Shown: piece by piece, positions 46,684-56,880 of the stretch
Layout of the letters: each line of letters starts with the position of its first letter
Numbering within the stretch: the stretch's first letter is position 1
DNA from: an uncultured Lachnospiraceae bacterium
GTDB taxonomy: Bacteria; Bacillota; Clostridia; Lachnospirales; Lachnospiraceae
Assembly (NCBI GenBank): GCA_902797185.1
Contig: CADBRV010000052.1
Coordinates: 129-64,128, forward strand
DNA: 64,000 bases
Direction: 5' to 3'
The notes under the pieces: model-generated
What the model was told of the DNA's origin: nothing
The model's database searches: none
Seen by the model: the letters and a program-made list of their open reading frames with translations, nothing else
Translations under genes and position numbers: made by a program

Positions 46684-48246
46684 TTATTTCTTCTTCCCTT
46701 TTTTCTTCTTGTCTTTGCCCTTCTTGTCCTCTTTCTCCTTGCCTTTGCCGTCCTTGTCCTGGGCTTTCCCGCCTTTGCCGTCAGAGCCCTTCCCGTCCGT
46801 ATCTTCCTGGATGGTTTCATCCAGCTCTTCCTGTTCCTGCGCGGCGGCGGCTTCTTCCCGCTTCTGCTGTGCTTCTTCTTCTTTCTGGCGCTTTTCTTCT
46901 TCCTTCTGTTCTTCCAGGAGGGCTTCCTCCTCCGTCGGGAACTGGAGCGCCATCTGGGTGCCGATGCCTACCTTGCTCTTCACGGTGACTTTGGCATGGT
47001 GCAGCTCTGCCCCGTGTTTTACGATGGAAAGCCCAAGGCCTGTACCGCCGGTTTCCTTGGAATGGCTCTTGTCCACCCGGTAGAAACGTTCGAAAATCCG
47101 CTGGGTCTCATCCTGGGGGATGCCAATGCCCGTATCCTGTACCAGGACCTTCGGACCCTGGGGCGTATTGCCCACCCAGACATTGACCGAGCCGCCCGGT
47201 TTGTTATATTTGACCGCATTCTGGCAGATATTGTAAATCATTTCATCCAGCACATGCCGGATGCCGAAAACGGTGACATTTTCCCCGCTGACGCTGATCT
47301 TGATATTCTGCTGCTGCGCCAGCTGCTCCAGCCTGGTACTGATATCCAGCACCATCGTGTACAAATCCACTTCTTCCTTCTGGGCGCCCACCGCGCCTTC
47401 ATCCAGCTTGGACAGGCGCATGATATCCTCAATCAAAGCCATAAGCCGCCGGGCTTCCTTATAAATATAGTTCGCCGTAGCCGGAACGTCTTTCTCCGGT
47501 ACCAGCCCTTCCTTGAGGATTTCGGCGTACCCGGAGATGGAAGTCAGCGGCGTCTTTAATTCGTGGGACACATTGGCGGAAAATTCCTGCCGCATGTTCT
47601 GGGCTTCTTCCTTCTGCCGGTTTTCCTCGTCGATCCTCTGCAGCAGGAGCCCCAGCTCTTCGTAGGTATCATTTTCCAACGGGTTTTCCAGGTCGATATG
47701 GTTGATAGGGTCCACCAGCTTCTTGGAAACCCGCCTGGATAGCAGCACGGCGATGAGGAAAAGGAGCGCAAACGTAATGCCCATAGGAGGCAGGGCATAA
47801 AGTGCCTGGACCAAAGCCGTGTTTGCGGTCCTGGCAAGACGCAGCACCCTTCCGTCCGGCATCTCCAGGGCGTAGTAAATCATTTCCTCATTGAGGCTGT
47901 TGGAACGGCGGATGTCGGTCCCGGAACCGTCCTTTTCTGCCTGGATAATCTCCGGCCGGTTGCTGTGGTTTTCCATTTTCGCGGAATCACTGTTGGTATC
48001 AAACAAAACGGTCCCGTCTTCCGCCACCAGCGTGATCCGGGTTTTCCCATCCCCTTTGCTAAGGCCGTCTAAATACCTTTCGCCTTCGTTTTCAATGGCC
48101 TCGGAGATATATTCCGCTTCCTGCTTCAGCTCATTTTTGATTAATGCTGTAGACTGGCTGTACTGAAAAAGAATAAGGACCGCATAGGACGCCAGAAGCG
48201 CCAATACGATCCCTAAAATAATTGCTCTTTGTATCCGTTTTCTCAT
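46684..48246 (-). CDS. phoR: Phosphate-regulon sensor histidine kinase with E/K-rich C-terminal tail
   Basis: Two TM helices, H-box SHELKTPLTSISGY, N/G boxes (KYNKPGG, DTGIGI, GGTGLGLSIV) and pst/phoU/phoB neighbours. The final ~85 aa form a highly charged tail. Confidence 0.8.
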   Translation of the reverse strand: MRKRIQRAIILGIVLALLASYAVLILFQYSQSTALIKNELKQEAEYISEAIENEGERYLDGLSKGDGKTRITLVAEDGTVLFDTNSDSAKMENHSNRPEIIQAEKDGSGTDIRRSNSLNEEMIYYALEMPDGRVLRLARTANTALVQALYALPPMGITFALLFLIAVLLSRRVSKKLVDPINHIDLENPLENDTYEELGLLLQRIDEENRQKEEAQNMRQEFSANVSHELKTPLTSISGYAEILKEGLVPEKDVPATANYIYKEARRLMALIEDIMRLSKLDEGAVGAQKEEVDLYTMVLDISTRLEQLAQQQNIKISVSGENVTVFGIRHVLDEMIYNICQNAVKYNKPGGSVNVWVGNTPQGPKVLVQDTGIGIPQDETQRIFERFYRVDKSHSKETGGTGLGLSIVKHGAELHHAKVTVKSKVGIGTQMALQFPTEEEALLEEQKEEEKRQKEEEAQQKREEAAAAQEQEELDETIQEDTDGKGSDGKGGKAQDKDGKGKEKEDKKGKDKKKKGKKK

Positions 48247-48929
48247 ACTGCTTCCCGCAGACGATAGCCGACACCGCGCACGGTCTCAATCCGGCTGCCT
48301 TCCTTGCCAAGCTTCTGGCGGAGGGTGCCGATGTGGACATCCAGCGTCCTGGACTCGCCGTCATAATCAAAACCCCAGACTGCGTTCAGCAGCTGGTCCC
48401 TGCTAAATACGATTTCCGGATGCTGCATCATGATCTTTAAAAGTTCATATTCCTTGTAAGTCAGGTTGACATCCTTGCCGCCTACGCTGACTTCCCGCTT
48501 CGCATCCTTCAGCACGATCTTCCCGCAATGGTATTCGCCCTCGTCCGTCTCCGTCTTTTCATAACGGCGCAGCACAGCGCGGATCCTGGAAAGAAGCTCC
48601 ATCATGCCAAAGGGTTTCGTGACATAATCGTCCGCGCCCATATCCAGGGCGGTGACTTTGTCATACTCTGTCCCTTTTGCTGTCAGCATGATGACCGGGA
48701 GATTTTTATAGTGGATATCGGAACGCAGCTTCTTTAAAATCTTGTTCCCGTCCATTCCCGGGAGCATGATGTCCAAAAGCAGGAGGTCCGGAATATTTCC
48801 CTCCTCCAAGGCATGGAAGAAAGCCGCGCCATCGTGAAACCCCTGCGCCTCAAATCCAGATTTTTCCAATGTATAGCAGACCAGGTCACGGATGCTGCCG
48901 TCGTCCTCGACACAGAAGATCAGGCTCAT
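48243..48929 (-). CDS. phoB: OmpR-family response regulator (PhoB/PhoP)
   Basis: Receiver with DLLLLDIMLPGMDG and a winged-helix C-terminus (LTYKEYELL...RTLDVHIGTLRQKL). Confidence 0.85.
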   Translation of the reverse strand: MSLIFCVEDDGSIRDLVCYTLEKSGFEAQGFHDGAAFFHALEEGNIPDLLLLDIMLPGMDGNKILKKLRSDIHYKNLPVIMLTAKGTEYDKVTALDMGADDYVTKPFGMMELLSRIRAVLRRYEKTETDEGEYHCGKIVLKDAKREVSVGGKDVNLTYKEYELLKIMMQHPEIVFSRDQLLNAVWGFDYDGESRTLDVHIGTLRQKLGKEGSRIETVRGVGYRLREAV

Positions 48930-48953
48930 TTTTTCGATTCCCCTTTCTCTCTC

Positions 48954-49595
48954 TCATCCATTATGGACGCCGGTGATCGAAAATTCAACCCATTCTCCTA
49001 CATTCACGGCATGGTCCGCGATACGCTCCAGGTATTTCACAATCATGATCAGGTCCACAGCCTTGGTCGGGCTGATCTCAGTACCAGTCTTTGCTGCCTC
49101 CAGAAGGGCGTTGCGGTTCTGATTAAAGAGGTCGTCCACTTCGTCGTCCCTCTTCTGCACGGTCCTGGCAAGGATCAAGTCCCTGTCGGAAAATGCCTTG
49201 ACGCTGTCACGAACCATCTCCATGCAGATCTTGGACATCCTGGTGATTCCCGGGAATTCCGTAGGCGGCATATGGGTGGAAGTGATGATTTCCGCGATAT
49301 CGGAAGCCTCGTCGCCGATCCTCTCCAGGTCGGTAATCATCTTCAAAGCAGCGGAAATCTGGCGCAGGTCCTTAGCCACCGGCTGCTGCTCCAGCAGGAG
49401 CTTCAGGCACAAGTTCTCGATATTGCTTTCTGCTTCATTGATATCAGTATCGGAATCAATAATAGTCTGCGCAGTTGCCAGGTCTCCTGTCTCCAAAGCT
49501 TTTGCCGCCTGGCGGATGGAATTGGTGCACAGTTCCCCCATGTCATTCAAAAGCCTGTTCAAATCAGACAGTTCATTTTGGAATTCTTTTCTCAT
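48954..49595 (-). CDS. phoU: Phosphate signalling complex protein PhoU
   Basis: Two PhoU repeats (DLERIGDEA, YLERIADHA), 213 aa. Confidence 0.9.
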   Translation of the reverse strand: MRKEFQNELSDLNRLLNDMGELCTNSIRQAAKALETGDLATAQTIIDSDTDINEAESNIENLCLKLLLEQQPVAKDLRQISAALKMITDLERIGDEASDIAEIITSTHMPPTEFPGITRMSKICMEMVRDSVKAFSDRDLILARTVQKRDDEVDDLFNQNRNALLEAAKTGTEISPTKAVDLIMIVKYLERIADHAVNVGEWVEFSITGVHNG

Positions 49596-49765
49596 TATTT
49601 TCTCCTATCCTCATTGCTTACAGGCATACAGGAAATTTCCTGTCAGCCATTTTACATACAGCATAGTGTCTTTCTGGCGAAGCACATACGAAGCAAATAT
49701 TCCGGGAAAAACCTCCGGATATCCTCCTGTTCCGAAATGCTTTCCAAACAGGCACACAGGTTCCA

Positions 49766-50545
49766 TCAGCCGAAACGTCCGGTGATATAATCTTCGGTAC
49801 GCTTGTCTGCCGGGATGCTGAACAGTTTCTCGGTCTCGTTATACTCGACCACTTCCCCAAGGAGGAAGAATGCCGTGTAATCGGAGATACGCACTGCCTG
49901 CTGCATGTTATGGGTAACAATGACGATGGTGTAGTTTTTCTTCAGGTCCATTGCCAGATCTTCGATCTTGGAAGTGGAAATCGGGTCCAGGGCGCTGGTG
50001 GGTTCGTCCATCAGCAGCACTTCCGGCTCTACCGCCAGGGCCCTGGCGATGCAGAGCCTCTGCTGCTGCCCGCCGGACATGGACAATGCGCTCTTTTTCA
50101 GGTTATCTTTACACTCATCCCAGATGGCCGCCTCACGAAGGGTCTTCTCCACGATGTCATCCAGCTTTGCCTTTGCCTTGATGCCATGGGTCCTGGGGCC
50201 GTAAGCGATGTTGTCATAGATGCTCATCGGGAACGGGTTCGGCCTCTGGAATACCATGCCCACCCTTTTCCGGAGCAGGTTGACATCGTAGCCGCTGGCA
50301 TAAATGTCTTCGCCGTCCAGCGCGATGGTGCCGGTGATCCTGCAGCCATCGACCAGGTCGTTCATCCTGTTTAAGGATTTGAGCACGGTGGATTTACCGC
50401 AGCCGCTGGGCCCGATAAAAGCCGTAATCTTATTCGGAAGGATTTCCAGGCTTGCATCTTTAATCGCATGAAAGTCTCCGTAATAGAGATCCATATTTTT
50501 AATGCTGATTTTTGATTCCATAATCGACTTATACCTCTCACTCAA
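49766..50545 (-). CDS. pstB: Phosphate ABC transporter ATP-binding protein
   Basis: [34 protein letters not shown] and the typical PstB N-terminus. Confidence 0.95.
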   Translation of the reverse strand: MSERYKSIMESKISIKNMDLYYGDFHAIKDASLEILPNKITAFIGPSGCGKSTVLKSLNRMNDLVDGCRITGTIALDGEDIYASGYDVNLLRKRVGMVFQRPNPFPMSIYDNIAYGPRTHGIKAKAKLDDIVEKTLREAAIWDECKDNLKKSALSMSGGQQQRLCIARALAVEPEVLLMDEPTSALDPISTSKIEDLAMDLKKNYTIVIVTHNMQQAVRISDYTAFFLLGEVVEYNETEKLFSIPADKRTEDYITGRFG

Positions 50546-51414
50546 ACTTTCTGCAGACGCTTTGCGATGGCGTTGGAAATTTCATTAATTACAATAACAA
50601 GGGCAAGGAGGATGACCGCGGTGGCGTAAGCCTGGTCCATGTAAAGGCCTTCGGAAGAAAGCACATACATATGGAGGGCAAGGGTACGTCCGGATCCCAT
50701 GACGCTGGACGGTACGCCGGCCACGGTACCTGCGGTATACATCAGGGCTGCTGTCTCACCTACGATACGCCCGATGGACAACACAATGCCGGCCAGGATG
50801 CCCGGGACGGCGGTAGGAAGCACGACACGGAAAATCGTACGCAGCTTCCCTGCCCCAAGACCAAAAGATGCCTCCCTGTAGCTGTCCGGTACAGCACGGA
50901 GGGCTTCCTCGGTGGTACGCATGATCAAAGGAAGGATCATCAGCGCCATGGTAAACGCGCCGGCCAGCAGGGAGAACCCGAAGTTTAAGAAACCTACGAA
51001 GAACAGCATGCCAAACAAGCCGAAGATGATGGACGGGATGCCGGAAAGGGTTTCTGTGGTAAGACGGATCAGCTTGATGAACTTGTTTTCTTTTGCCGTA
51101 TATTCCACCAGGAAGATAGCGGAGAAAATACCGATCGGTACCGCGATTACCAGGGACAAGCCGACCATGATGATCGTGTTGATCAACGCGGGAACGACAG
51201 AGGCATTCTCCGAAGTATAGTGCAGTGCAAACAGGGACGGTTTAATATGCGGGATGCCCTTTACCAGGATATACGCAATCAGGAAGATTAGGACGGCAAA
51301 GGTTACAATACATGCGATCCAGACCAGGGCGCGCATGACTGCAGAGCCGATGTGCCTTTCCTTCTTCTGTTTCCTTACAGGGCTTTTTACGTTGTTATTC
51401 TCGACTGCTATCAT
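50542..51414 (-). CDS. pstA: Phosphate ABC transporter permease PstA
   Basis: 290 aa, 6 TM helices, EAA loop [21 protein letters not shown]. Confidence 0.9.
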   Translation of the reverse strand: MIAVENNNVKSPVRKQKKERHIGSAVMRALVWIACIVTFAVLIFLIAYILVKGIPHIKPSLFALHYTSENASVVPALINTIIMVGLSLVIAVPIGIFSAIFLVEYTAKENKFIKLIRLTTETLSGIPSIIFGLFGMLFFVGFLNFGFSLLAGAFTMALMILPLIMRTTEEALRAVPDSYREASFGLGAGKLRTIFRVVLPTAVPGILAGIVLSIGRIVGETAALMYTAGTVAGVPSSVMGSGRTLALHMYVLSSEGLYMDQAYATAVILLALVIVINEISNAIAKRLQKV

Positions 51415-52293
51415 TTATGCCACCTTCTTTCCTCTCTCCTTCAGAATGGTAAGGACAATGTTGATGATCAGGACGAAGATGAACAGGACTACTCCGGTAG
51501 CAATCAAAGCCTGGCGGTGGAGCCCGGTAGCATAGCCCATCTCAATGACGATGTTCGTCGTCAATGTACGGATGCCCTTGAAAATATTTGATGTAAGCCT
51601 GGTCTGGTTGCCGGCGATCATAACGACTGCCATGGTCTCGCCGACTGCACGGCCGATGCCCAGGACGATGCCGGCCCATACGCCGGAGGAAGCTGCCGGA
51701 AAGACGGTGCGGAAAATAGCCCTCTCATGGGTAGCGCCCAGAGCGACAGAGCCTTCATAATACTGGGTCGGTACTGCACGCAGGGAGCTTTCGGTTACGC
51801 CGATGATGGAAGGCAGGATCATCATGCCCAGGATCAGGGACGCGGTCAGGATACAGCTGCCGTTTCCGGCGGAAATATCAGTAACCTTGGCAAGGGATTT
51901 GCCCCATCCGCGGACAATCGGCACCAGCACAACCATGCCGAAGAAACCATATACAACGGACGGGATGCCTGCCAGAAGGTCGGTGGCTGCTTTCAGCGGC
52001 CTGTAAATCGGCTTCGGGCAGTAGAATACCAAAAATGCCGCTGTCAAAACGCCAACCGGTACGCCGAAGAGTACTGCCAGCCCGGTGATGTAAAGGCTGC
52101 CCTCGATCATCGGCAGGATGCCGTAAAAATCGTTATTTGGTTTCCACATGGTGCCTGTCAGGAATTTAACAACCCCGATCTTCTGGAATGCGGGGAACCC
52201 GCCGGCGAAAAGGAAGACGCAAATCAAGGCAACTGCTGCGATGGAAACACAGGCTGCTGCCAGGAAGACTCCCTTCATGACCTTTTCCTTCAT
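51415..52293 (-). CDS. pstC: Phosphate ABC transporter permease PstC
   Basis: EAA loop YEGSVALGATHERAIFRTVFP. Start set at MKEKVMKG (ATG 52293), because the longer track ORF would run into the pstS-distal hairpin. Confidence 0.9.
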   Translation of the reverse strand: MKEKVMKGVFLAAACVSIAAVALICVFLFAGGFPAFQKIGVVKFLTGTMWKPNNDFYGILPMIEGSLYITGLAVLFGVPVGVLTAAFLVFYCPKPIYRPLKAATDLLAGIPSVVYGFFGMVVLVPIVRGWGKSLAKVTDISAGNGSCILTASLILGMMILPSIIGVTESSLRAVPTQYYEGSVALGATHERAIFRTVFPAASSGVWAGIVLGIGRAVGETMAVVMIAGNQTRLTSNIFKGIRTLTTNIVIEMGYATGLHRQALIATGVVLFIFVLIINIVLTILKERGKKVA

Positions 52294-52337
52294 AGTCTTT
52301 TCCTTTCTCTTTCTTATTCTTAATCCGCTCATTCCCA

Positions 52338-52366
52338 AGTCCCTTAAGCAGCCTGCCTAAGGGACT
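52338..52366 (-). other. Intercistronic stem-loop between pstS and pstC
   Basis: AGTCCCTTA-11 nt-TAAGGGACT, a 9-bp perfect stem. Confidence 0.45.
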
Positions 52367-52577
52367 TGTTCCTAAGCTTTTTTATAGGTAGCTTGTTTGT
52401 AAACAGCTTGTTCTTAAATATCTTTAAGGGAAATGTTTTTTATCAAAAATGCTTGCAGCTCATCCGGGTACAAAAGGAAATCCTATGAAAACCCTGCCCA
52501 GGCAATTTACATGGGCAAAGAATCGCTGCCCCATATCGGAAGCAGCGATTCTTAATCCATTCTTACTGCGGTTCAGA

Positions 52578-53564
52578 TTACTGGTCTACTTCATCCCAAG
52601 TTGTGATGTCGCCAGTGTAGATCTGCTTCAGCTGGTCTTTGGAGATGTTGGTAAGAGGATTGTTCTTGTTAACGATGACTGCGATACCATCGGTAGCGAT
52701 TACCTGCGGGGTAAGGCCCTCAGCCTTTTCATCATCGGTCAGTTCGCGGGAAGCCATGCCGATGTCATAGGTGCCGTCTGCGCAGGAGCTCATGCCTGTG
52801 GTAGAGTCTGTGGTCTGCAGTTCGATGTCTGCGTTCGGGTTCACGTCTTTGTAAGCTTCGATCAGTTTCTCCATCAGCGGGGATACGGAAGAAGAACCAC
52901 CTACAACGCACTTGCCGGACGGCTGGGTGCTGGTGTAATCTTTGGTATCAACTGCGATGTAACCGTTATCTTCTACGATCTTCTGTCCATCTTCGCTGAA
53001 GATGTAGTTGATGAAGTCGGTAGCTACTTCGTTGTCAGCGCCTTCCATGGTAGCGATGTTGAACGGCCTTGCCAGTGTGTAATCGCCGGACTTGATCGCG
53101 TCTGCGGTCGGTTCTGCACCATCCACGTTCAGTGCTTTTACGGTATCATCCAGGGAGCCCAGGGAAATGTAGCCAATTGCATAATCATCGTTTGCAACAT
53201 CGGTCAGGACGATGGCGGTCTCGTTGGCGATCTGTGCGTCTTCTGTAGTCATGTCGACCTTTTCTCCGTCTTTTTCTTCCTGTACGCCAGTCAGCTCGAC
53301 AAAAGCGCCCCTGGTACCGGAACCATCCTCACGGGAAATAACCGAGATGTCGCTGGAAGAATCGAAATCAGCGCTTCCGGTAGACTTGGATGCTGCTGCG
53401 TCAGATGAGCTTCCGTCTGCGCCAGACTCAGTGGCTGCCGCAGAAGTATCTGCAGAAGAACCAGACGCACTGTTATCCGTGGATGCAGAAGATCCGCAGG
53501 ATGCCAGGACCATCATGGAAGCAGCACAGAGGCTTGCTGCCACAAGCATTTTTGATTTTTTCAT
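52578..53564 (-). CDS. pstS: Phosphate-binding lipoprotein PstS
   Basis: Lipobox LASCGSS, an S/A/D-rich linker and a PBP-like body (GSGTRGAF...GGSSSVSPLMEKL). Confidence 0.9.
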   Translation of the reverse strand: MKKSKMLVAASLCAASMMVLASCGSSASTDNSASGSSADTSAAATESGADGSSSDAAASKSTGSADFDSSSDISVISREDGSGTRGAFVELTGVQEEKDGEKVDMTTEDAQIANETAIVLTDVANDDYAIGYISLGSLDDTVKALNVDGAEPTADAIKSGDYTLARPFNIATMEGADNEVATDFINYIFSEDGQKIVEDNGYIAVDTKDYTSTQPSGKCVVGGSSSVSPLMEKLIEAYKDVNPNADIELQTTDSTTGMSSCADGTYDIGMASRELTDDEKAEGLTPQVIATDGIAVIVNKNNPLTNISKDQLKQIYTGDITTWDEVDQ

Positions 53565-53624
53565 TTCATAATCTCCTTTTCCTCTTGTGTTTCAAAGGTC
53601 TCTGAACTTCACGTTCGATTGGGA

Positions 53625-53667
53625 TTGTAGCAAGGGCATGTAAACTTACAATTCCGGGTTTTGTAAA
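53625..53667 (-). promoter_or_regulatory. Candidate pst promoter with Pho-box-like TTTACA direct repeats
   Basis: Minus strand: TTTACA-n10-TTGTAA-g-TTTACA-tgccc-TTGCTACAAT. This gives a -10 TACAAT and hexamers at 11-bp spacing next to it, resembling the PhoP TT(A/T/C)ACA repeat rule. Confidence 0.4.
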
Positions 53668-53723
53668 GTTTATGAAAAAAGTCCGGATCTGGCAGGGAAA
53701 CTTGATTCCCGTCAAATTCGGAC

Positions 53724-53791
53724 TTTTTTGCGACTTTTATTAAATTTCGATAGGTTTTTGGTGCTTTTTTAATGTTTTTTGTGCGTTTTTT
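53724..53791. other. Seven phased T-tracts (helical periodicity), predicted intrinsically bent DNA upstream of the pst promoter
   Basis: T3-T6 runs start at 53724, 53735, 53745, 53755, 53765, 53775 and 53786, with intervals of 11, 10, 10, 10, 10 and 11 bp. Confidence 0.7.
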
Positions 53792-54157
53792 CTGGCATGG
53801 TTTCCAACAGATTTATAAGGCTTGTTTTTATTATATCGTAACAGTTATATGTTTCTTTCAGTTTCTTCGCGTTATTCCGCGTATTTACTGGCTATTTTCT
53901 TTATTTTACATTTAATCAATTATTCCATTTTGCCTTTTTTCCGGTTCTGACGCTCCCAATTCTTATTTTCTTATTGCGGCATTCTTTATCTTTTTTCTGC
54001 TTTTTCGGATTTCAAAGGATTTCTCCTGCTTCTTCCGGATTTCAGGGAATTTTTTATTATCATGCCCCTGTTTCTACGTCAGTTGCCTTTCCGTATCTGT
54101 GGCACCAGGGCGCCTTGGCTTGACAGCCGGAAAGACCGCCATTCTCCAAGCTGGACG

Positions 54158-54652
54158 CTATGAAAGAGGTAATGGTTCCCCATCCAGTACCGCTTTCATT
54201 AAGTTATCCTCCGCATCGTAAACCAGTTTCAAGGAGAAAAACGGGACGTCTTGGGCCAGAAACCGCAGGAAAATCCGATCCCCTTCCCAAAGTTCCAGAT
54301 CCTTGATTTTGTCTTTCGGGACCCAAGCCAGGTCGCCCTCGTCACAAGGGACCATCTCTCCGGTAAACCCATCCGCCGTGTAAAGGAACATGTACTCCGT
54401 CACGCCTTTTCCGGAAACAAAGGTCACGATCCCCCGCAGCTGGTAGGAATCCAGGTGCAGGCCGGTTTCTTCCTTCACTTCCCGGAGCAGGCATTCATCC
54501 GGGCTTTCATCCTTTTCAAAGTGGCCGCCCACGCCGATCCACTTGCCTTTATTCACATCGTGTTTCTTTTTGACCCGGTGGAGCATCAGAAATTCCTCAC
54601 CCCGCCGGATATAACATAAGGTAGTCAGGCTGCCCAAAAATTTCTCTGCCAT
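54158..54652 (-). CDS. NUDIX hydrolase (MutT/8-oxo-dGTPase-like)
   Basis: Nudix box GGHFEKDESPDECLLREVKEETGL, 164 aa. Confidence 0.8.
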   Translation of the reverse strand: MAEKFLGSLTTLCYIRRGEEFLMLHRVKKKHDVNKGKWIGVGGHFEKDESPDECLLREVKEETGLHLDSYQLRGIVTFVSGKGVTEYMFLYTADGFTGEMVPCDEGDLAWVPKDKIKDLELWEGDRIFLRFLAQDVPFFSLKLVYDAEDNLMKAVLDGEPLPLS

Positions 54653-54661
54653 CCGATTTGC

Positions 54662-55300
54662 CTACTTTCCCATCTGGATCCCCAGTATGTCCCTCTCCAG
54701 CTCCGAATGCGGGCGCGCCGGGTCTTTCTGGAAAACGGAGATGCGGTCCCTGTCCTCGCTGCGGTCCTTAAAGGAAGGGAAAAGGAACCCGCATACCGGC
54801 TCGTCCGGCTCATACTCGCCCCGCATGGGGCAGAATGCCGCCACCAGATAGTCATAGACTTCCTCCGACTCCTCCTGGGAAGCATGGTCCGAGCCCTTGC
54901 GGGGGATGTCGTAAACGCCATGGAACATCATGACTTCATAAGGCTTTCCAAAGTTCTGGAAATGGGCTGCTGCCTCATCATAAAAGGTAAACATCATGGC
55001 GTCATTTTTCAAACTGCACTGGCGCAGCTGCAAAAGCAGCCTCTGCATCTGGACGCTCCTGGTGCTGCTGCCGGGAAAACGGTAATCCTTCAGCTGCACG
55101 TTGGTTTCGCCAAACAAAACAGACCGCGCGATTTTGAGGTTTTTAGCCTTGTCACTGCCGGAAAGCTTCAGGAAATTTACATTGAAGGTGCCTTCGCTGT
55201 ACCCTTCCTCATCCATGTAGCTGCCGGCAATCCGGTCCATGGAGGCCCGTGAAACATTCATCCGGCGGGTCAGTTCCATCATGTCTTCTCGTTTCAGCAT
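54662..55300 (-). CDS. Conserved hypothetical protein (resembles DUF4317)
   Basis: 212 aa. FCPMRGEYEPDEPVCGFLFPSFKDRSEDRDRISVF resembles my recollection of clostridial DUF4317 proteins. The family assignment is unverified. Confidence 0.4.
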   Translation of the reverse strand: MLKREDMMELTRRMNVSRASMDRIAGSYMDEEGYSEGTFNVNFLKLSGSDKAKNLKIARSVLFGETNVQLKDYRFPGSSTRSVQMQRLLLQLRQCSLKNDAMMFTFYDEAAAHFQNFGKPYEVMMFHGVYDIPRKGSDHASQEESEEVYDYLVAAFCPMRGEYEPDEPVCGFLFPSFKDRSEDRDRISVFQKDPARPHSELERDILGIQMGK

Positions 55301-55698
55301 TCTTTGTTCCTCCTGCGTTTCTTGTCCTTATTATACCCGGCCAAAGGGAGTTCACAAGGAAAAAGAGCAAGCTCGCGCCGGCGTCCTGCAAGGGACCGGC
55401 TCCTATGCCTTTTCTATTGCCTACATTATTGAGTTTTCAAGGATCAACACACTTTTCGGTGCGGGAAGTTTTAGTTAGTAATTTTAAATGAGGAAGCTGG
55501 GCAAGGCATGATTCCATGCATTTCATTCCAAGAGATGCTATAAATGAAAAAAACCGGTATCTCTCCAATTCCGAAACCCTGCAACCTTTTCACGAAACAA
55601 GTATAATTCCCCTTCCTTGACATAAAGCCTTATATAAGGTGATAATGAATCTGCACAAATTGGAAATGAGCCTGCATCCTTTTTTTGGAGGATTTTAC

Positions 55699-56610
55699 AT
55701 GGAACCGAAAGAACTCATCTTTAACAAGGTCAACGGGTCCTTCGTAGACGGCTACGGGATCCGTACCACAATTTTCCTGAAAGGCTGCCCGCTGCACTGC
55801 AAATGGTGCTGCAATCCGGAAGGGCAGTCCTTTCAGCAGCAGCTCCGCTACCTGGCAGATGACTGTAACGGGTGCGGCGCCTGTGTCCCGGCCTGTCCAA
55901 AGGGCGCGTTGGAAATAGAAGACGGCAAGGCAGTCTTGGACCGCGGAAAATGCAACCTGTGCGGCAAATGCATCGAAGCCTGCTGGCCCGGCGCCCTGCG
56001 GTATGCCGCCCAGCTCCAAAGCGTGGACGAAGTCTTTTCTTCTATTATAAGGGAGAAGCCGTTTTTCGACCATTCCGGCGGAGGGCTCACCATCGGAGGC
56101 GGGGAAGCCAGCAGCTTTCCGGATTTCTGCCTCGCCCTCATCGCCAAATGCCATGGAAACGGCATCCGCGTCGCCATCGACACCTGCGGGTACACGCTTT
56201 CCGAGGAAAGCCTCAAAGCATTGGACGCAGCGGACCTCCTGCTTTACGACATCAAAGGCATTGACGAAAAGCAGCACATCGAAAATACCGGCGTTTCCAA
56301 CAAACGGATTTTAGACAATTTCCATCACTTTACGGAAATCGGAAAGCCCATGATCGTACGGCTTCCAGTGATCCCCGGCTGCAACGACCAGCCCGAGGAC
56401 CAGGAAAAAGTGATACAGCTCCTGAAAAACGCGCCCAACGTGGAACGGGTGGACATCATCCCCTTCCATACGTTCGGCTCCGTCAAATACGGGGAGCTGG
56501 GCATGCCCTATCCCATGCCGGAAGACGCCAAACCGCTGACAGAAAAAGACGTAGCAGATTACGCCCAGCGCCTGCGGGACGCCGGGCTGAACGTACAGAT
56601 TGGGGGATGA
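55699..56610 (+). CDS. Glycyl-radical enzyme activating protein (radical SAM, with ferredoxin-like insert)
   Basis: CPLHCKWCCNPEG (CX3CX2C), two extra 4Fe-4S motifs (CNGCGACVPACP, CNLCGKCIEAC) and the GGGLTIGGGEA SAM site. ATG 55699 sits behind a GGAGG SD. Confidence 0.85.
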   Translation: MEPKELIFNKVNGSFVDGYGIRTTIFLKGCPLHCKWCCNPEGQSFQQQLRYLADDCNGCGACVPACPKGALEIEDGKAVLDRGKCNLCGKCIEACWPGALRYAAQLQSVDEVFSSIIREKPFFDHSGGGLTIGGGEASSFPDFCLALIAKCHGNGIRVAIDTCGYTLSEESLKALDAADLLLYDIKGIDEKQHIENTGVSNKRILDNFHHFTEIGKPMIVRLPVIPGCNDQPEDQEKVIQLLKNAPNVERVDIIPFHTFGSVKYGELGMPYPMPEDAKPLTEKDVADYAQRLRDAGLNVQIGG

Positions 56611-56880
56611 CGGCTGGAGCTTTTACGGCTTTCGGCCGGCCAGGCGCCTGACGAACGGTCCTTTCAGCCTGCTGCCCGCGCCCGTCTGGCAGCATCGGTC
56701 GGCCAGGTGCCAGGCGAATCGTCCTTTCCTGACTGGCAGCATCGACCTGCCCGGCTCCTGCCATTTTTCTGTACAACCGCAACGGGGTAACAAACCTGGC
56801 CGCATCAACCGCCGGGCCGGGCAGCATCCATCGCCGGGCCGGACCGGGTCTGTAAAACAAGATATCGATTGGGGGATAAT

